64,000 bases of DNA, from NCBI RefSeq assembly GCF_018350175.1, contig NC_058370.1, positions 134,292,001-134,356,000 on the forward strand, in the 5' to 3' direction. Of the stretch, positions 1-11,662 are shown in pieces. The notes under the pieces are model-generated. The model searched no databases and had not been told where the DNA came from. It was given only the letters and a program-made list of their open reading frames with translations. Made by a program: the position numbers and the translations under genes. How positions within the stretch are numbered: position 1 is the first letter of the stretch; each line of letters begins with the position of its first letter. The stretch comes from Felis catus. Lineage: Eukaryota.

Positions 1-1419
1 GCTCCTGGCCGCCAGTGGGGAGGATGAGGCAGGGCTTAGGTTGGGCTGCTGGTGCAGTGCCCACAGGGGGGCCCCAGGCGTGTGGCCTCAGGAAGTGTCC
101 CCTCTGTGCAGCCCAGGGCTTTGGATGAACAGGGGCAGGTGAAGCAGTGGAAGAAGAAGGGTGCTCGGGGGGGGGGGGGTGAACACTGGAGCTGTTTTCC
201 AGGCTGGGGGTCTATGGGTTGTGTGGGCGGGGAGAAGCAGGGGCCGGGAAAAGCGAGGGGCTGGTAGAGGCGGGGGGTGGCCAGGAGAAGTGGGGGGCTG
301 GGAGAGGTGGGGGCAGGGTTGGGCTCACCTGGGTGGCAGTCACCGTGGGTCCCAGATGGGTCACCAGGGAAGCATGATGGGAGCTCAGTCCTCCGTGGGG
401 TAGGAGCCGGCCTTACAGCCTCAGATGGCAGGTGGTTGGCAGAGGCCCAGACCAGGCTGGTGGGTGATCTGGAGGGAGCAGTTAGTGGGGCACAGGGCTG
501 GGACATAACCCTCCCTCCCTCCTTCTCTCCTGTCCCTCCTTCCCTCACTTACTCATCGCCCACTCTATATGTCATGGCCTCACGTTAGGCACCAGGGAGA
601 TGGAGAATGTGGCACGGCCCACGCTCAGGAGGTTTCTAGCCCCTGACTTCCTGGGGTAGGAGGGTCCGTAAACACCAGAGGGCCAGGCCCCAGAATTTCC
701 AGCAGTCTGTGTGCCTCAGGAAACAAGGATTAGGGGTGTTTCTGTAGTACCTTCCAGCAAATAGTGACACCCCCTCACCTGGGTCCTGCCTCAGCCCTTG
801 CTGCGTCAGGACCCCGGCTCGGGAGAGGAAGTGACCTGCCCCCGGCCCAGGCAGCGTGCCCCAGTCTTTCACAGAGCCAACCTGCTGCCCGTGTAGATGG
901 GATGCTGACACGGAGAACATTCTAGAGGATCTGTAAGAGAGGACTCTGGGTGTTAATGGGGCTTTATTCAACGTGATCTAAATTATGAGGCATAATTAGA
1001 TGTATTAGGTTAACTGTATAGAATTACTGTTTTTACAGGGCAAAGATGGTCAAATACGGTTTCATAGGGTCTGGCTAATGGTTGCAGGGGATATAAAGAG
1101 AACTCATATTGTATTTTAGAATATATTAGTTGCCTCATTCTGACCGAGGCAGTGCCTCCAAGGATACCCGTTCGACAGTATTTCTCGAAGAGTAACCTGA
1201 GGATCTGTTTGGGGTTGGAGTTGGGGGGTCGGGCTTCGACAGTCAATGTTTGAAGGCATAGCCCCATATTCTCCTGGGTTTAGAGATGTCCTGTGACTTG
1301 CTAGTTCATTAGCCACGAGTATATTCAGCCTCTGTTCCAGTCTGTGTGATATACTTTAGTATCTTTTGGGATAAGCAGTGTTTACCGTCTGCTGTGAAAT
1401 GTTGTTCCTTTTTTGCCTC

Positions 1420-2127
1420 TATATTAGGGTTTTCCAGAGAAGCAGAATCAGTTAATGCGTGTGTATATTTATCTGTCTGTGTCTATGTCTGTGTCTATCT
1501 CTACCTCTGTATCTATCTATCTATCTGAAAGAGTGAGCAAGCAAGCAAGAAATTTTAAGGAATTGGCTCACATGATTAAGACTGGCAAGTCTGAAATCTG
1601 CAAGGTGGGCCATCAGACTGGAGACCCAGGGAAGAGCTGACGTTGTATTTCAAGGCCAAAGTTCCTCTGCTGGCAGATTTCCCTCTTGTTTGGGGAACAT
1701 CAGTCTTTGTTCTATTCAGCCCTTCAACTGATTGGATGGGGCCCACCTACATTATGGAGGGCAATCTGCTTACTCAAAATTCACCAATTTAAATTTTTTT
1801 TAAATGTTTTTATTTAGTTTTGAAGGAGAGAGAGAGACAGAGCATGAGCAGGGGAGGAACAGAGAGAGAGGGAGACACAGAATCCGGAGCAGGCTCCAGG
1901 CTCTAAGCTGTTAGCACAGAGCCTGATGCGGGGCTCGAACCCACAAACTGTGAGATCATGACCTGAGCCAAAGCCGGACACTCAACTGACCGAGCCACCC
2001 AGGCGCCACTCAAAATTCACCAATTTAAATGTTAATCTCATCTGAAAACATCCCCATAGGAACTTCCAGATTAATGTGTGACCACATATCTGGGCCCAGC
2101 CAAACTGGAAAACAAATAACTATCACA
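1420..2127 (-). mobile_element. MLT2 (ERVL) solo LTR, MLT2B-like, interrupted by a SINE
   Basis: Matches the reverse-strand MLT2 consensus: TATTAGGGTTTTCCAGAGA...AAGGAATTGGCTCACATGATT...CCTTCAACTGATTGGATGGGGCCCACC...AACTATCACA; internal (TATC)n at about 1469-1525. Confidence 0.85.
1795..2007 (-). mobile_element. Can-SINE (SINEC_Fc type)
   Basis: Poly-T, (GA)n, GCAGGCTCCAGGCTCT, GGCTCGAACCCAC, ends GAGCCACCCAGGCGCC; 23-bp direct repeat at 1772-1794 and 2008-2030. Confidence 0.95.
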
Positions 2128-2443
2128 GCACCTAAAATGACATCTTTCAAATAGCCAGAAGTTCCTTTGGTTCTAGAAGGCCGATATAGTTAGTATATGC
2201 AAGGTAGGTTCTAGATACCATGGGGTGACAGGAATGTTTAAAAATGATCAATAGATAGAAAGCCTGAGTTCTTTCTACCAATTAATTGGTAGGCATGGGA
2301 TAGCCATTCTGTGCCCATCTTGGACAAGTGCACGCATTACATGGTTAATAACATATGTCAGAGTCTTCCTTATTGCAACTCAATTTTTTTGCCAAACCCA
2401 CCCTTCCATCCTCTTCCCCTCCTTTCCTCCCCTCCCCTCTCAC

Positions 2444-2502
2444 TCCTTCCTTCCTTCCTTCCTTCCTTCCTTCCTTCCTTCCTTCCTTCCTTCCTTCCTT
2501 CC
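2444..2502. repeat. (CCTT)n tetranucleotide microsatellite
   Basis: Directly visible run of about 14 CCTT units. Confidence 0.95.
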
Positions 2503-2620
2503 ATATTTATTGGGCATCTAGCATATTCCAGGTACTAGGCCAGGTCCTGGGAGGTAGGGGCAGGGGGTCAGGAATGAAGACATCCTACTATCAATAGTGG
2601 CTTACAGCCTGAGAGGGGCT
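2502..2620 (-). mobile_element. L2 3' end fragment
   Basis: CATATTTATTGGGCATCTAGCATATTCCAGGTACT resembles the reverse complement of the L2 terminus. Confidence 0.65.
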
Positions 2621-3189
2621 CCTGGTGTAGAGTTAGTTTCCCAAAGGTTTGAGGTCAGCCTTGGAAATCAAGTTCCTTTCCCTTTCTCCAGGGCTTCCTC
2701 AACAACATGAGGTCTTAACACGCAGCCTGCAATAGTCCTGGGTGGTCCTGGGGGGCAACACCGTGTCTTTTTTATAATGCGTCTTTTCTTCTAAACAGAG
2801 GGACCTTGCCCTCTTTCCCGAAAGGAGGGATGGAGGGTCAGCACCTCACCTGGCAGCTGGTTCGAAGTGCAGACTGCAGGTGCACTCACAGCAGCCTCCC
2901 CAGGGAGCACCTGCATTTTAACAAAATCTTCAGGAGATTCTTGTGCACGAAAGCCTCACATGTGCTTTCCTAGTCCTCCGTTCCCTCAAAGACACAAAGT
3001 TCCCTTTAAGATCTGGAAGAAGTGAAGGTCTAGCCAATGGACTCGCTTTCTCGGGAAGATTCTCAGCAAGTGCAAGAGGTGGAGCTTTATTCTGAAACCA
3101 AGCAAAATAAAGTGTCCTCTTCTCAGGCTCCGACGGATGCCGGACCGAGGCTCCCCCAGGGGGGGAGATGCCGTGTCTCTGCACCTGAG

Positions 3190-3310
3190 CTGTCCTCTGG
3201 AGGGAGCTTGGGCAAGATGCTTCACTTCTCCAAGACAGTTTTCCCTTCGGTAAAATGGGATGAGAAAAAAGATCCTCCTTTCTGAGTTGTGGGGAAAGTT
3301 CACAGATCCA
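3190..3310 (+). mobile_element. MIR fragment
   Basis: CTTGGGCAAGATGCTTCACTTCTC...CAGTTTTCCCTTCGGTAAAATGGGATGA, the MIR core. Confidence 0.7.
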
Positions 3311-6300
3311 CACGGGGTGGACGATGTGTTGGGAGCCAGGTGTGGCTTATGATGTCACTGCAGTGGGGAGGGCTGGAGCCGGGCTCCTCATCGCTAAGTG
3401 GGGGTAATGCCTGCTGCATGGGCTGGCCCAAGGATTAAGAGGCTATGCATGCACGATGCCAGGGTGACAGCTATTATTTTCATAACAACTGGCTTGTGTA
3501 ACTGCCCTGTGTGCATGGCAATCAGCCGTGGCTTCAGGGAGGCCCCGGTACCTGAATCATCCAAGGACAGGTGGGGGCAGGTGGAGGACGAGGCCACTTT
3601 GGGCTGCGGCAGTGCCTTCTAGATCGTTCACAGAGGCACGGTTTATCCCAGGGCACTCAGGCCTAGATTCCTGAGAGAATCCGTAAGAAGCACTGAAGTT
3701 GACATGACATGTTGCTAAGTAGATTTCTTTTAAAAGGTGTTCTCTCTCTGAGGTAATGACAGATGTGAGTGTTGCTATGGTGACAGGTTGTCTGTTTGGA
3801 AGTACACAGCACAATGGTTCAGGTGGCTTGCCTACAATTTATGGTCGTAGAATGTAAGCAAGGCCCCTTTTGGGAAATTTTACCAAGGGGTCTTCTCCTT
3901 CTGGTTCTGGTTTCCAAAGCCGAGTTTATTTTGTGCCTTGGGTGACTGCGCAAGATGGGGAGACCATTGCATGTATTTACGAGGACAGAATCTATGCACA
4001 CCACACGGCTGAAAGTTCAGGGCTTTCCAGGAACTGAAGGTGATTGAAAAAAGTCCCACGTGGAGCTTAGAGCGTCAAAGGGAGGCAGAATCTGCAGCGA
4101 GCCTCGAAGTTATTTTAAAATGACAAGCGCTCGGGGAGTGCCCGCTGTGTGCTGAGGGTCCCACGGAGGTGGAGGGTGGGTGAGGAGGTACGAGTGAGCG
4201 CGGTCCCTGCCCTTCAGAGGTCAGGGCAGAGAGCCCAACGCAGAGCGGACTGGGCTACAGGCTTCAAGTGCTATGGACACAGCTGGGTGTTTGGGGGCTG
4301 GGACCAGTCCCAGTGTCAGGGCCGTGGTCTGGGGACTGTAGCAGGATCTTGAAGGATGAGCAGGGTTCCTGCAGAGTCCATTTATACAGCTGCCTATCAT
4401 TTCATCCTATGGAAACACAATATGTGGTTTTTTTTTGTTTTTTTTTTTTTGCGGGGGGCGGGGGAGGGATCTCCTCTTCGAGGCTCACCTAGGCTGCTTC
4501 CAAATCATCTCTGTTATGAGCAGGGTGGTGAGCACTGTCTATGCCTTTTGAGCAAGACAGTTGAAGTAGGAGATACGTGAGTGTAGGCAGTGTGTTGTCT
4601 TGTTTTAAGAAAGGCAGACTCCCACCCGCAGCGCCTCATTCGGACGTGTCTGGGGTCTTGGAAGCTTGTCTACCCTACGTTCTCCTCCCAGAGGTGCTGG
4701 AGAGCTTGCTGGGAGGTCCATTGGTAGGAGGGGAGCACAGCCACTCATATACCCTTGCCCCAAGAATGGTCCTCCCGTGCCGGGGACGATCATCCTCTTC
4801 CACCGAGCGCGCAGCGTCTGGAGGGACACACATGGGCGGAGGGGGACACCCGCCTAGCCAGCCAGATCAGCCAGATCAACTCTGGAGATCAATGGGGTGA
4901 CAGATGTCGCAGCCAGAAAGCCCCAGTATCCTGTTCCAGAGAAGCGTACCCCCAGGTCTCCCCGTCTGCCAGGGCCTGGCCTGCCAATGTTTCACCTTGA
5001 GTAGATGCAAATCCTCGTCTTGGTGTTTTATGGCCTCTGCATCTGTTCTCTGATTTTTCTGTATTGTGTCTCTTTTGAATGAGAGGAAAAAATGCCCATT
5101 TATGGGAACAGAAAAAAAAACAAGTTTCAGGAAGTGCGGCTCATTTCTTGGTGTACCAACGAATAGCATCTCGTTGCTGTCCAGCAAGTGGTCTGCTGTG
5201 GTTTGTTCACCAGGACCATGAGCTGTCACTGACACTGTCCCGGGAACTTTCTTCTCAGGCGCCGGCTCTAAGCTCATCCTCTTGGGTTATTCTCTAGTTG
5301 CTTCTATTCTCTTTTCCCGGCACAGCCCGGAAGGCAGCCACGCTCTCCGGAATCCAGAGCCTGCCCCGCTCTTCTTCTCCTACTGACCACAGATCCACCG
5401 ATGGAGGAGGGAGACACTCTCTGAGGACAGCCCCGCTCCAGTGACGTAAATTCCTGCCTAGTATTCGGGCTTCCTTTTGCTGGAATTACGAGAAACTCGT
5501 GACACCTGTAAGGGGCTGCCTGGTACCTTTCCTGCGACAGTTTCCAGCAGGGATGGGACAGGGAAGGAAAGGAGATCGCCATCTGTGGGTCTCCATCAGA
5601 CGTGGACCCTGGCCTAGGTACCCACGCACCAGCTAACAATTGGCTTTGACCTCAGATCTGGGCTGTCTTGTGGCACTAAGTCGCAGACTTGCCAGCTGGC
5701 TTATACGATGGCCGGTCAACTGTGTATAATCCCACAGATGTGGACCCAGCAGAACCACCCGGCTACGGCTTGTCGCTGAGCGCACAACTGGGCTTGGACA
5801 GAGTCAGTTTAGATGACAGCTGTGTGAAAGATCACATAGCAGTTTGCACATGGGCAGTGGGCAAATTCTCACAGTCCAGGGGCTGGGCTAGCTGTGCAGG
5901 CTCAGACAACAAATCGCAAATCCCTCTCTCTGGGGTAGACTCACATTAACCACGCTCATGGCACTGATGTCTATGCTGGATGTCAGTTTGTTATTTTACA
6001 ATGAGAACTCCATCTGTCGAAGGGTCTAGAGGGCTGAGTCCTCGGCTTACCCTATTCTGTGCGGAGAAATCTACCTGGCAAACGGTTGATCTTAATCCAA
6101 CGGTTGCCTGGTGACTGTGGGATCAGAGCCAGGGAGCACGTTAGCAGATTTGAATGCTTAGTGACATTAGGTTTCCATGCATTTCTTCCCCCGATGTGTT
6201 GTGAGAGGCGCTTGCCATCGGGACTGGAGAATTAAAGCCCATTCCTCAGACAGACCTGTTTCTCTTCTGGCTCCCTGTTGTTCTGGGTTTCTGTGGCTGA

Positions 6301-6748
6301 AAGCTTCTCTGCTCTAAAGAATCATTTTCTTTCGTTATGAGACTTGTTTCACAGGCTGTCTTGACTTTCTCACTATTTCACTTACATCGTGGCTGTTCTG
6401 ATCTCCAGGCTAATGGTGTTTCCTGTAAAATTGCCTGAGTTTCTCAGCACACTGTAAAAAATGACTTCTGGGGTTTCACTGGGGTTACGTCTGCCATTGG
6501 TAGTTCTTTGTTTTGGGGGATTGGTTCTTAGTTCCTCTTTTCTGACCTTGCTTGTCGCTGCTCAGCCTGTAGGAAGGCCTACAAAAGGCTTGAGTGGGAA
6601 ATGTGCCTGCCCCTGTACAGGGCTGTGACACCAGCGTGAGCAGTTGTAAGGGCAGATGCAGCTTTATCGGGCTTATTCTTTTTAGGCTCCTGTTTAAGAT
6701 GAAAGTACAAAATGTAAAATGTAGTATTAGGCACAAAAAATAACTACT

Positions 6749-6948
6749 TTTTGTTTTACATTTATTTTTTGGAGAAAGAGAGAGCAAGCAGGGGAGGGGC
6801 AGAGAGAGAGAGGGAGAGAGAGAATCCCAGCAGGCTTCACTCTGTCAGCACAGAACCCAACGTGGGGCTCAATCTCATGACCACAAGGTCATGACCTGAG
6901 CCAACAGCAAGAAGCAGATGCTTAACTGACTGAGCCACTGAGGCACCC
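6749..6948 (-). mobile_element. Can-SINE (older SINEC type)
   Basis: GAGAGAATCCCAGCAGGCTTCACTCTGTCAGC...ATGACCTGAGCC...ACTGAGCCACTGAGGCACCC; imperfect TSD containing ACTACTT. Confidence 0.92.
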
Positions 6949-6978
6949 TCAAAACGACTACTTATTTAAAAAGGACCT

Positions 6979-7106
6979 GGGGGGTGGGAGGGAGGGGAGG
7001 GTGGGTGATGGGTATTGAGGAGGGCACCTTTTGGGATGAGCACTGGGTGTTGTATGGAAACCAATTTGACAATAAATTTCATATATTGAAAAAATAAAAA
7101 TAAAAA
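6979..7106 (+). mobile_element. 5'-truncated L1 3' end, L1_Fc-like
   Basis: GGGTGATGGGTATTGAGGAGGGCACC...GATGAGCACTGGGTGTTGTATGGAAACCAATTTGACAATAAA followed by an A-rich tail. Confidence 0.88.
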
Positions 7107-7274
7107 GGGTCTAGGTTAGTAAGGACCCTGAGGCTTTCAGTTTTATGAAATGCATGAAAAATTGACCTCTTCCAGAGGCTGTGGTACAGATAGGGTGGGT
7201 TTGGGTCCAGAGAAGCCTTGATCACAGACCATGGGCACTCAGGATAGGGTCTTAAAAGTTCCTGTGCTTAAGCG

Positions 7275-7845
7275 TAAAAAGTTCACATTGACAATATTTA
7301 CACCAATAATGCATGGATTTGCTCTTACACGACACAGAACAATCCAGAGTGAAAAGGACATAATTCTCCTCTAACTAACTCTGTTTCTCAACCTGCCTTC
7401 TGTAAATAATCCCTATGGACAATTCAGGATGCACCCCCCCCCCCAGGCCTTTTTCATAACATATGCAGATGCACATCTACCTTGTTATTTCAAAGGATGT
7501 GTAGTAATCCAAGCCAAGTGTACTTGGCCAATCACTTATTGATGAGCATGTGGGTTTATTTCAATTGGTTGCTTTTACAAACAGTGTGGCAGTGATTGTC
7601 AAAAAAAGAGCATTTTTTTGCACATCTGGGTGTTTGGGGATATTTCTGCGGGGTAGGTGACTAGAAACGGCAGGTGGGGTGAAAGTGCGTGAGATTTAAC
7701 GTGGTAGATTCAGTGACTCGATCTCCAGGAAGATGACCCCAATTTACGCGCCTACGATCGTATAATAGTACTTCTTTCTCTGTATGCTTATCAGTATCCA
7801 TTTTTAATCAACATGATGGGTGAAGAATGGTATTACTGGTTTTTT
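7275..7845 (-). mobile_element. Ancient L1 (L1ME-like) 3' fragment
   Basis: CCAATCACTTATTGATGAGCATGTGGGTTTATTTCAATTGGTTGCTTTTACAAACAGTG, degenerate antisense L1M. Confidence 0.65.
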
Positions 7846-7969
7846 GGGGGATTCTGCTTCCACACGAACGTATACGATCGTCAGGGAGTACGTAACTCAC
7901 TTGACTTGGGCTAACCCCAGAATGAATGCATTATCTTAAAATCGAGAAAGCCAGAACATCCCATTGAGC

Positions 7970-8600
7970 CAATGTCCCAAGTATGTACAGGTTCTGGACA
8001 CTTCCGCCCACCTGCCCTGTTACCACCTGGTGGGTGCCACCATCTTCCTTGGCCTGGGCGACCGCAGTAGAGCCCTCGCTGGTCTTCCTGCCTCTCGTCT
8101 TGGCTATTTTCAGTGACGGCCGTCAGATCGTCCCGTTACAACTCCCGGGTTGGAGACCTTCCAGAGCTCCTGACCTCCCCTCCCGCCCATCAGGGAGTGT
8201 CCTGCAGGGTCCCGCAGGGCCCGCATGGCCTGGGCACCACGTCAACCCCTCTCCTCTCCCGGTTCTTACTCAGTTCCAGGTACACCGACCTCTCTGCTTT
8301 TCCTCTCATCAGATGAGTGTCCACCGAGGGCTTTGGCACTGGCTGTTCCGTCCATCTGGAAGGTTCTTCCCCCAGATGTCCACAGAGACAACTACCTCAC
8401 CTCCGTCACACCTCTGTTTAAATGTCATTTTCTCAGTAAAGCCTTCCCACATTGAAAATGGCAAACTCTTAATCTCTCTGGCTGTGTTTATAGATTTTAT
8501 GGCACTTTCGAACATATTATATAATTACTTACCATTCTGCTTATTGTTCATTATCTGTCTCTCCCAGCTATAACGTCAGATTCTTGAGCAGAGGGCTCTT
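7970..8600 (+). mobile_element. L2 (L2a-like) fragment
   Basis: GGGCTTTGGCACTGGCTGTTCCGTCCATCTGGAAGGTTCTTCCCCCAGAT...TTTAAATGTCATTTTCTCAGTAAAGCCTTCCC. Confidence 0.75.
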
Positions 8601-8609
8601 CCCCCACCC

Positions 8610-9460
8610 CTTTAATTTATTTAAACAAACAAACAAAATACTAAACACGGTTCACCCAATTCTCCCAACCCCTACACCCCACCTCTGGCAACCACCAATC
8701 TGTTCTCTATGAGCTTGGGAATCTGAGTGTGGATTTTTTTTTAATTAATTTTTTCCCCCTAAGATGCCACATGTAAGAGAGATCATTTATCTTTCTCTGT
8801 CTGGCTTTTTCATTTAGCATCATGCCCTTGAGGTCCACTCATGTGGCAAATGGCAAAATTTCGTCCCTTTTCGTGGCCGAATAACATTCTATGACATAGA
8901 TATACCACAGTTTCCTTACCCATTCACCCATCAGTGGACACTCAGATTGGTTTCCATGCCTTGGCTATTATAATAATGCTGCAAAGAATATGGGGGTGCA
9001 TCCTTTGAAGCTGGCATTTTCATTTTCTTTGGATAAATCTGCAGACAGGGAATTGCTGGATCATATGGCAGTTCTGTTTTCTTGAGGTACCTCCATACCA
9101 TTTTCCATAGTGGCCACACCAATTTATATTCCCACCAAAAAGGTGGCGGTTGCGAGGGCGCCCTTTTCGCCACATCCTCGCCAACACTGGCTATTTCTAG
9201 TCTTCTTGATGATAGCCACTCAAACAGGGGTGAGGTGATGTCTTATTGTGGTTTTGATTTGCATTTCCCTGATGATTAATGATGTAGAGCATCTTTCTGG
9301 GGATCTGCGGGATCAGACGTTTGGAAAAACGTCTATTCAGATCTTCTGCCCATTTTTAATTGGATTTTTTTTTCTTTGTTGTTGTTTTTGTGTTTGCTTT
9401 TTGCTATTGAGTTGCATGAGCTCCTTATACTCAGATATTAGCCCCTTATGGGATACAGAA
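8610..9460 (-). mobile_element. L1 fragment (L1MA9/L1_Carn-like): ORF2 C-terminus plus 3' UTR
   Basis: The - strand ORF 8931-9173 gives WWEYKLVWPLWKMVWRYLKKTELPYDPAIP, typical of the L1 ORF2 end; CCTCTGGCAACCACCAATCTGTTCTCTAT 3' UTR motif. Confidence 0.88.
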
Positions 9461-10892
9461 TGCGCAGTCACTAGGAAAGCAGCAGCAGGCGATGTTGACA
9501 ACCTTCTCTCGTGACAGAAGTTCAGATGAGTGCTAAGATCACTGCAAGGTGAGGGTCACCAAAGGTCCCCAAGAGGGAAGGCCCGGGTAGGACAGGACTC
9601 AGGTGAGAGCACACCTGAAGGACCTCGTGGACAGAAAGCCAGCAGCTGCTGGGTACTCCCTGGCCGCGCCCGGTGGTCCAGACGTCACCTGCGCGTGCGT
9701 GCTGTGTGCTTTGGTTCCAGGTGTCAGTACCCGTCTCGCAGGTACTTCCCGTTTGAGTCCCCTGTGCCGACTCCGCTCCTCTTGGAGTGTCTGAATCAAA
9801 ATGGCCAGCAGCCTGTCCTCCGCCCCGCTTCCCCTTTGCCTTGACGCCTGTCCCGGAGCACTGTGCCTCGTGGGATGGGGTCTGGCCCTGCCCTGCGGTG
9901 GGGGAGAGTCCCTCACGGCTGGTACAGGAGGAGGCCCTTGCTGGGCGGGCTGGCGCGCCCCCTTCCCGGCGTGGGGGCTGTGCTTACTGGGGTGGCCGCT
10001 CCCGCACAGCTTCCCCCAGATGCAGGGCATCCCTGCTTCGTGCTCAGCTGCCGGACTGGCGCCCCTGGGCACCCCCCAGGTCACCCGTACTGTCACCCGT
10101 GCCCCCGCCGGGAGGTGATGATGGCAGGTCGCCTGCCGCCATCTCCTCCCGGCCCCGCAGGACTCGGGTGTCGGGGGCCCTGTTGCCGGGCCTCTCTCTC
10201 CTCACTGACAGGAGGGGGAGGAGAGAGCCAGGAGGGCTGCCCGTAGTTGAACTTTTCTAGATTCCTAGACACACTGTCACCTGAGACAGGGGCCACGTGC
10301 TGCCTGGGGGGTGGGAAAGCTGGCGGGTTGCAGAGGCCCTCCCACCCAGCGCAGGGCCCCGGGCCCGGCCCTCTGCCAAGTGCCAACAGTTGCCTCTAGT
10401 GAGGTCGTCATAAGGAGCTCGCTGGGTCCCCACAGCAGCACCGCCAAGCAGGCCCATTGTACAGCCGAGGAAACCGAGGCAGAGAGCAGTCGGAAACTGA
10501 CCCACTCACGTGGCGGAGCCATGAGAGAGCCGGGATTCCAACACGGCGACCTGGCTCCGGGGTCCATGGCCGGGAACATCCGTCTCGCTGTTGTCCCACA
10601 CCTCAGAGAAAACGAACAAGGGTGAAAGAAGCCTTGTAGTGATTTTTTAAAATGTTGTTAAATGAAAAGGAATTAAATGATCAGAATGGCTTCATGTGGC
10701 CCAACGTCACGGGTCATCGGCGAGGGGCTGGGTTTCTTGTCCAGGCTTTCTGCGCAGCACGGTGTTGATGCAAAGGACAACTGACTGCCAAACCCAGTTG
10801 TTTCAGACCTGAAAATAAATGAAATGAGCCTATTTCTTTAAGAAAAATATCTGACAATATTTGTTGCCAATTATAAAATTGTAATTTTCAAG

Positions 10893-11106
10893 CGGCACCT
10901 GGGTGGCTCAGTTGGTTACGTGTCTGACTCTTGATGTGGGCTCAGGTCACGATTTCACAGTTCATGGGTTCAAGTCCCATGCCAGGCTCCGTGCTGTCAG
11001 TGGGGAGCCTGCTTGGGATTCTCTGTCTTTCCCCCTCTCCCTGTGCCCCCCACCCCCGACTTGTGCTTTCTCTCTGTCTCAAAATAAATAAATAAACAAA
11101 CTTAAA
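10893..11106 (+). mobile_element. Can-SINE
   Basis: GGCACCTGGGTGGCTCAGTTGGTT...GGGTTCAAGTCCC...CT-rich tract, AAAATAAATAAA; TSD AAAATTGTAATTTTCAAG / AAAATTGAAACTTTCAAG. Confidence 0.93.
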
Positions 11107-11449
11107 AAAATTGAAACTTTCAAGTGAAAATTAGAATTTTAGAAAACTTGTATCCACTGCTGTGAGTTTGATAGCTTCCTAATTCAGAGTTTTCTGATGA
11201 GCTTAAATGGTTATGTTACTGCTATGATTTATGGATGTTGTATAATGAGATATGTCAACATATCACACATGCTCATAACTCAATGAATCGTATTTCCCAA
11301 GTGATGAATGCATGATGTTGCAAATGCTTGACCAGGTAAAGAAATATCCAAAATATATTACAGTGGGTTTCAATGCAGCAGTGTTTGAAAAATTAACTGA
11401 TATGGTTTCAGATTTGACAGTGCAACTAACCTTTAAGAAAGTACCAGAC

Positions 11450-11662
11450 AGGTGCCTGGGTGGCTCAACCGGTTAAGTGTCTGACTCTGGATTTCTGCTC
11501 AGGTCGTGATCTCGAGGTTTGTGGGATCGAGACCCACGGCTGGCTTTGTGCTGACAGGCCAGAGCCTGCTTGGGATTCTCTCTCTCTCCTCTCCCTCTAC
11601 CCCTCCCCCACTTGCTCTCTTCCTCTCTCTCCCTCAAAAGAAATACACACATAAAAAAAAAA
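11450..11662 (+). mobile_element. Can-SINE
   Basis: GGTGCCTGGGTGGCTCAACCGGTTAAG...poly-A; TSD AAGAAAGTACCAGA / AAGGAAGTACCATA. Confidence 0.93.

Noticed and set aside
4577-4900. Faint resemblance of the translation (VLESLL, GTIILF) to the TMEM211/LHFPL7 C-terminus
   Set aside because: The matches are short, in different frames and wrongly spaced, and no other exons are found; treated as chance.
8931-9173. ORF with clear protein similarity
   Set aside because: It is a decayed L1 ORF2 C-terminus, not a host gene.
10893-11000. tRNA-like A and B boxes (TGGCTCAGTTGG, GGTTCAAGTCC)
   Set aside because: These are the heads of tRNA-derived Can-SINEs with CT-rich tracts, A tails and TSDs, not tRNA genes.
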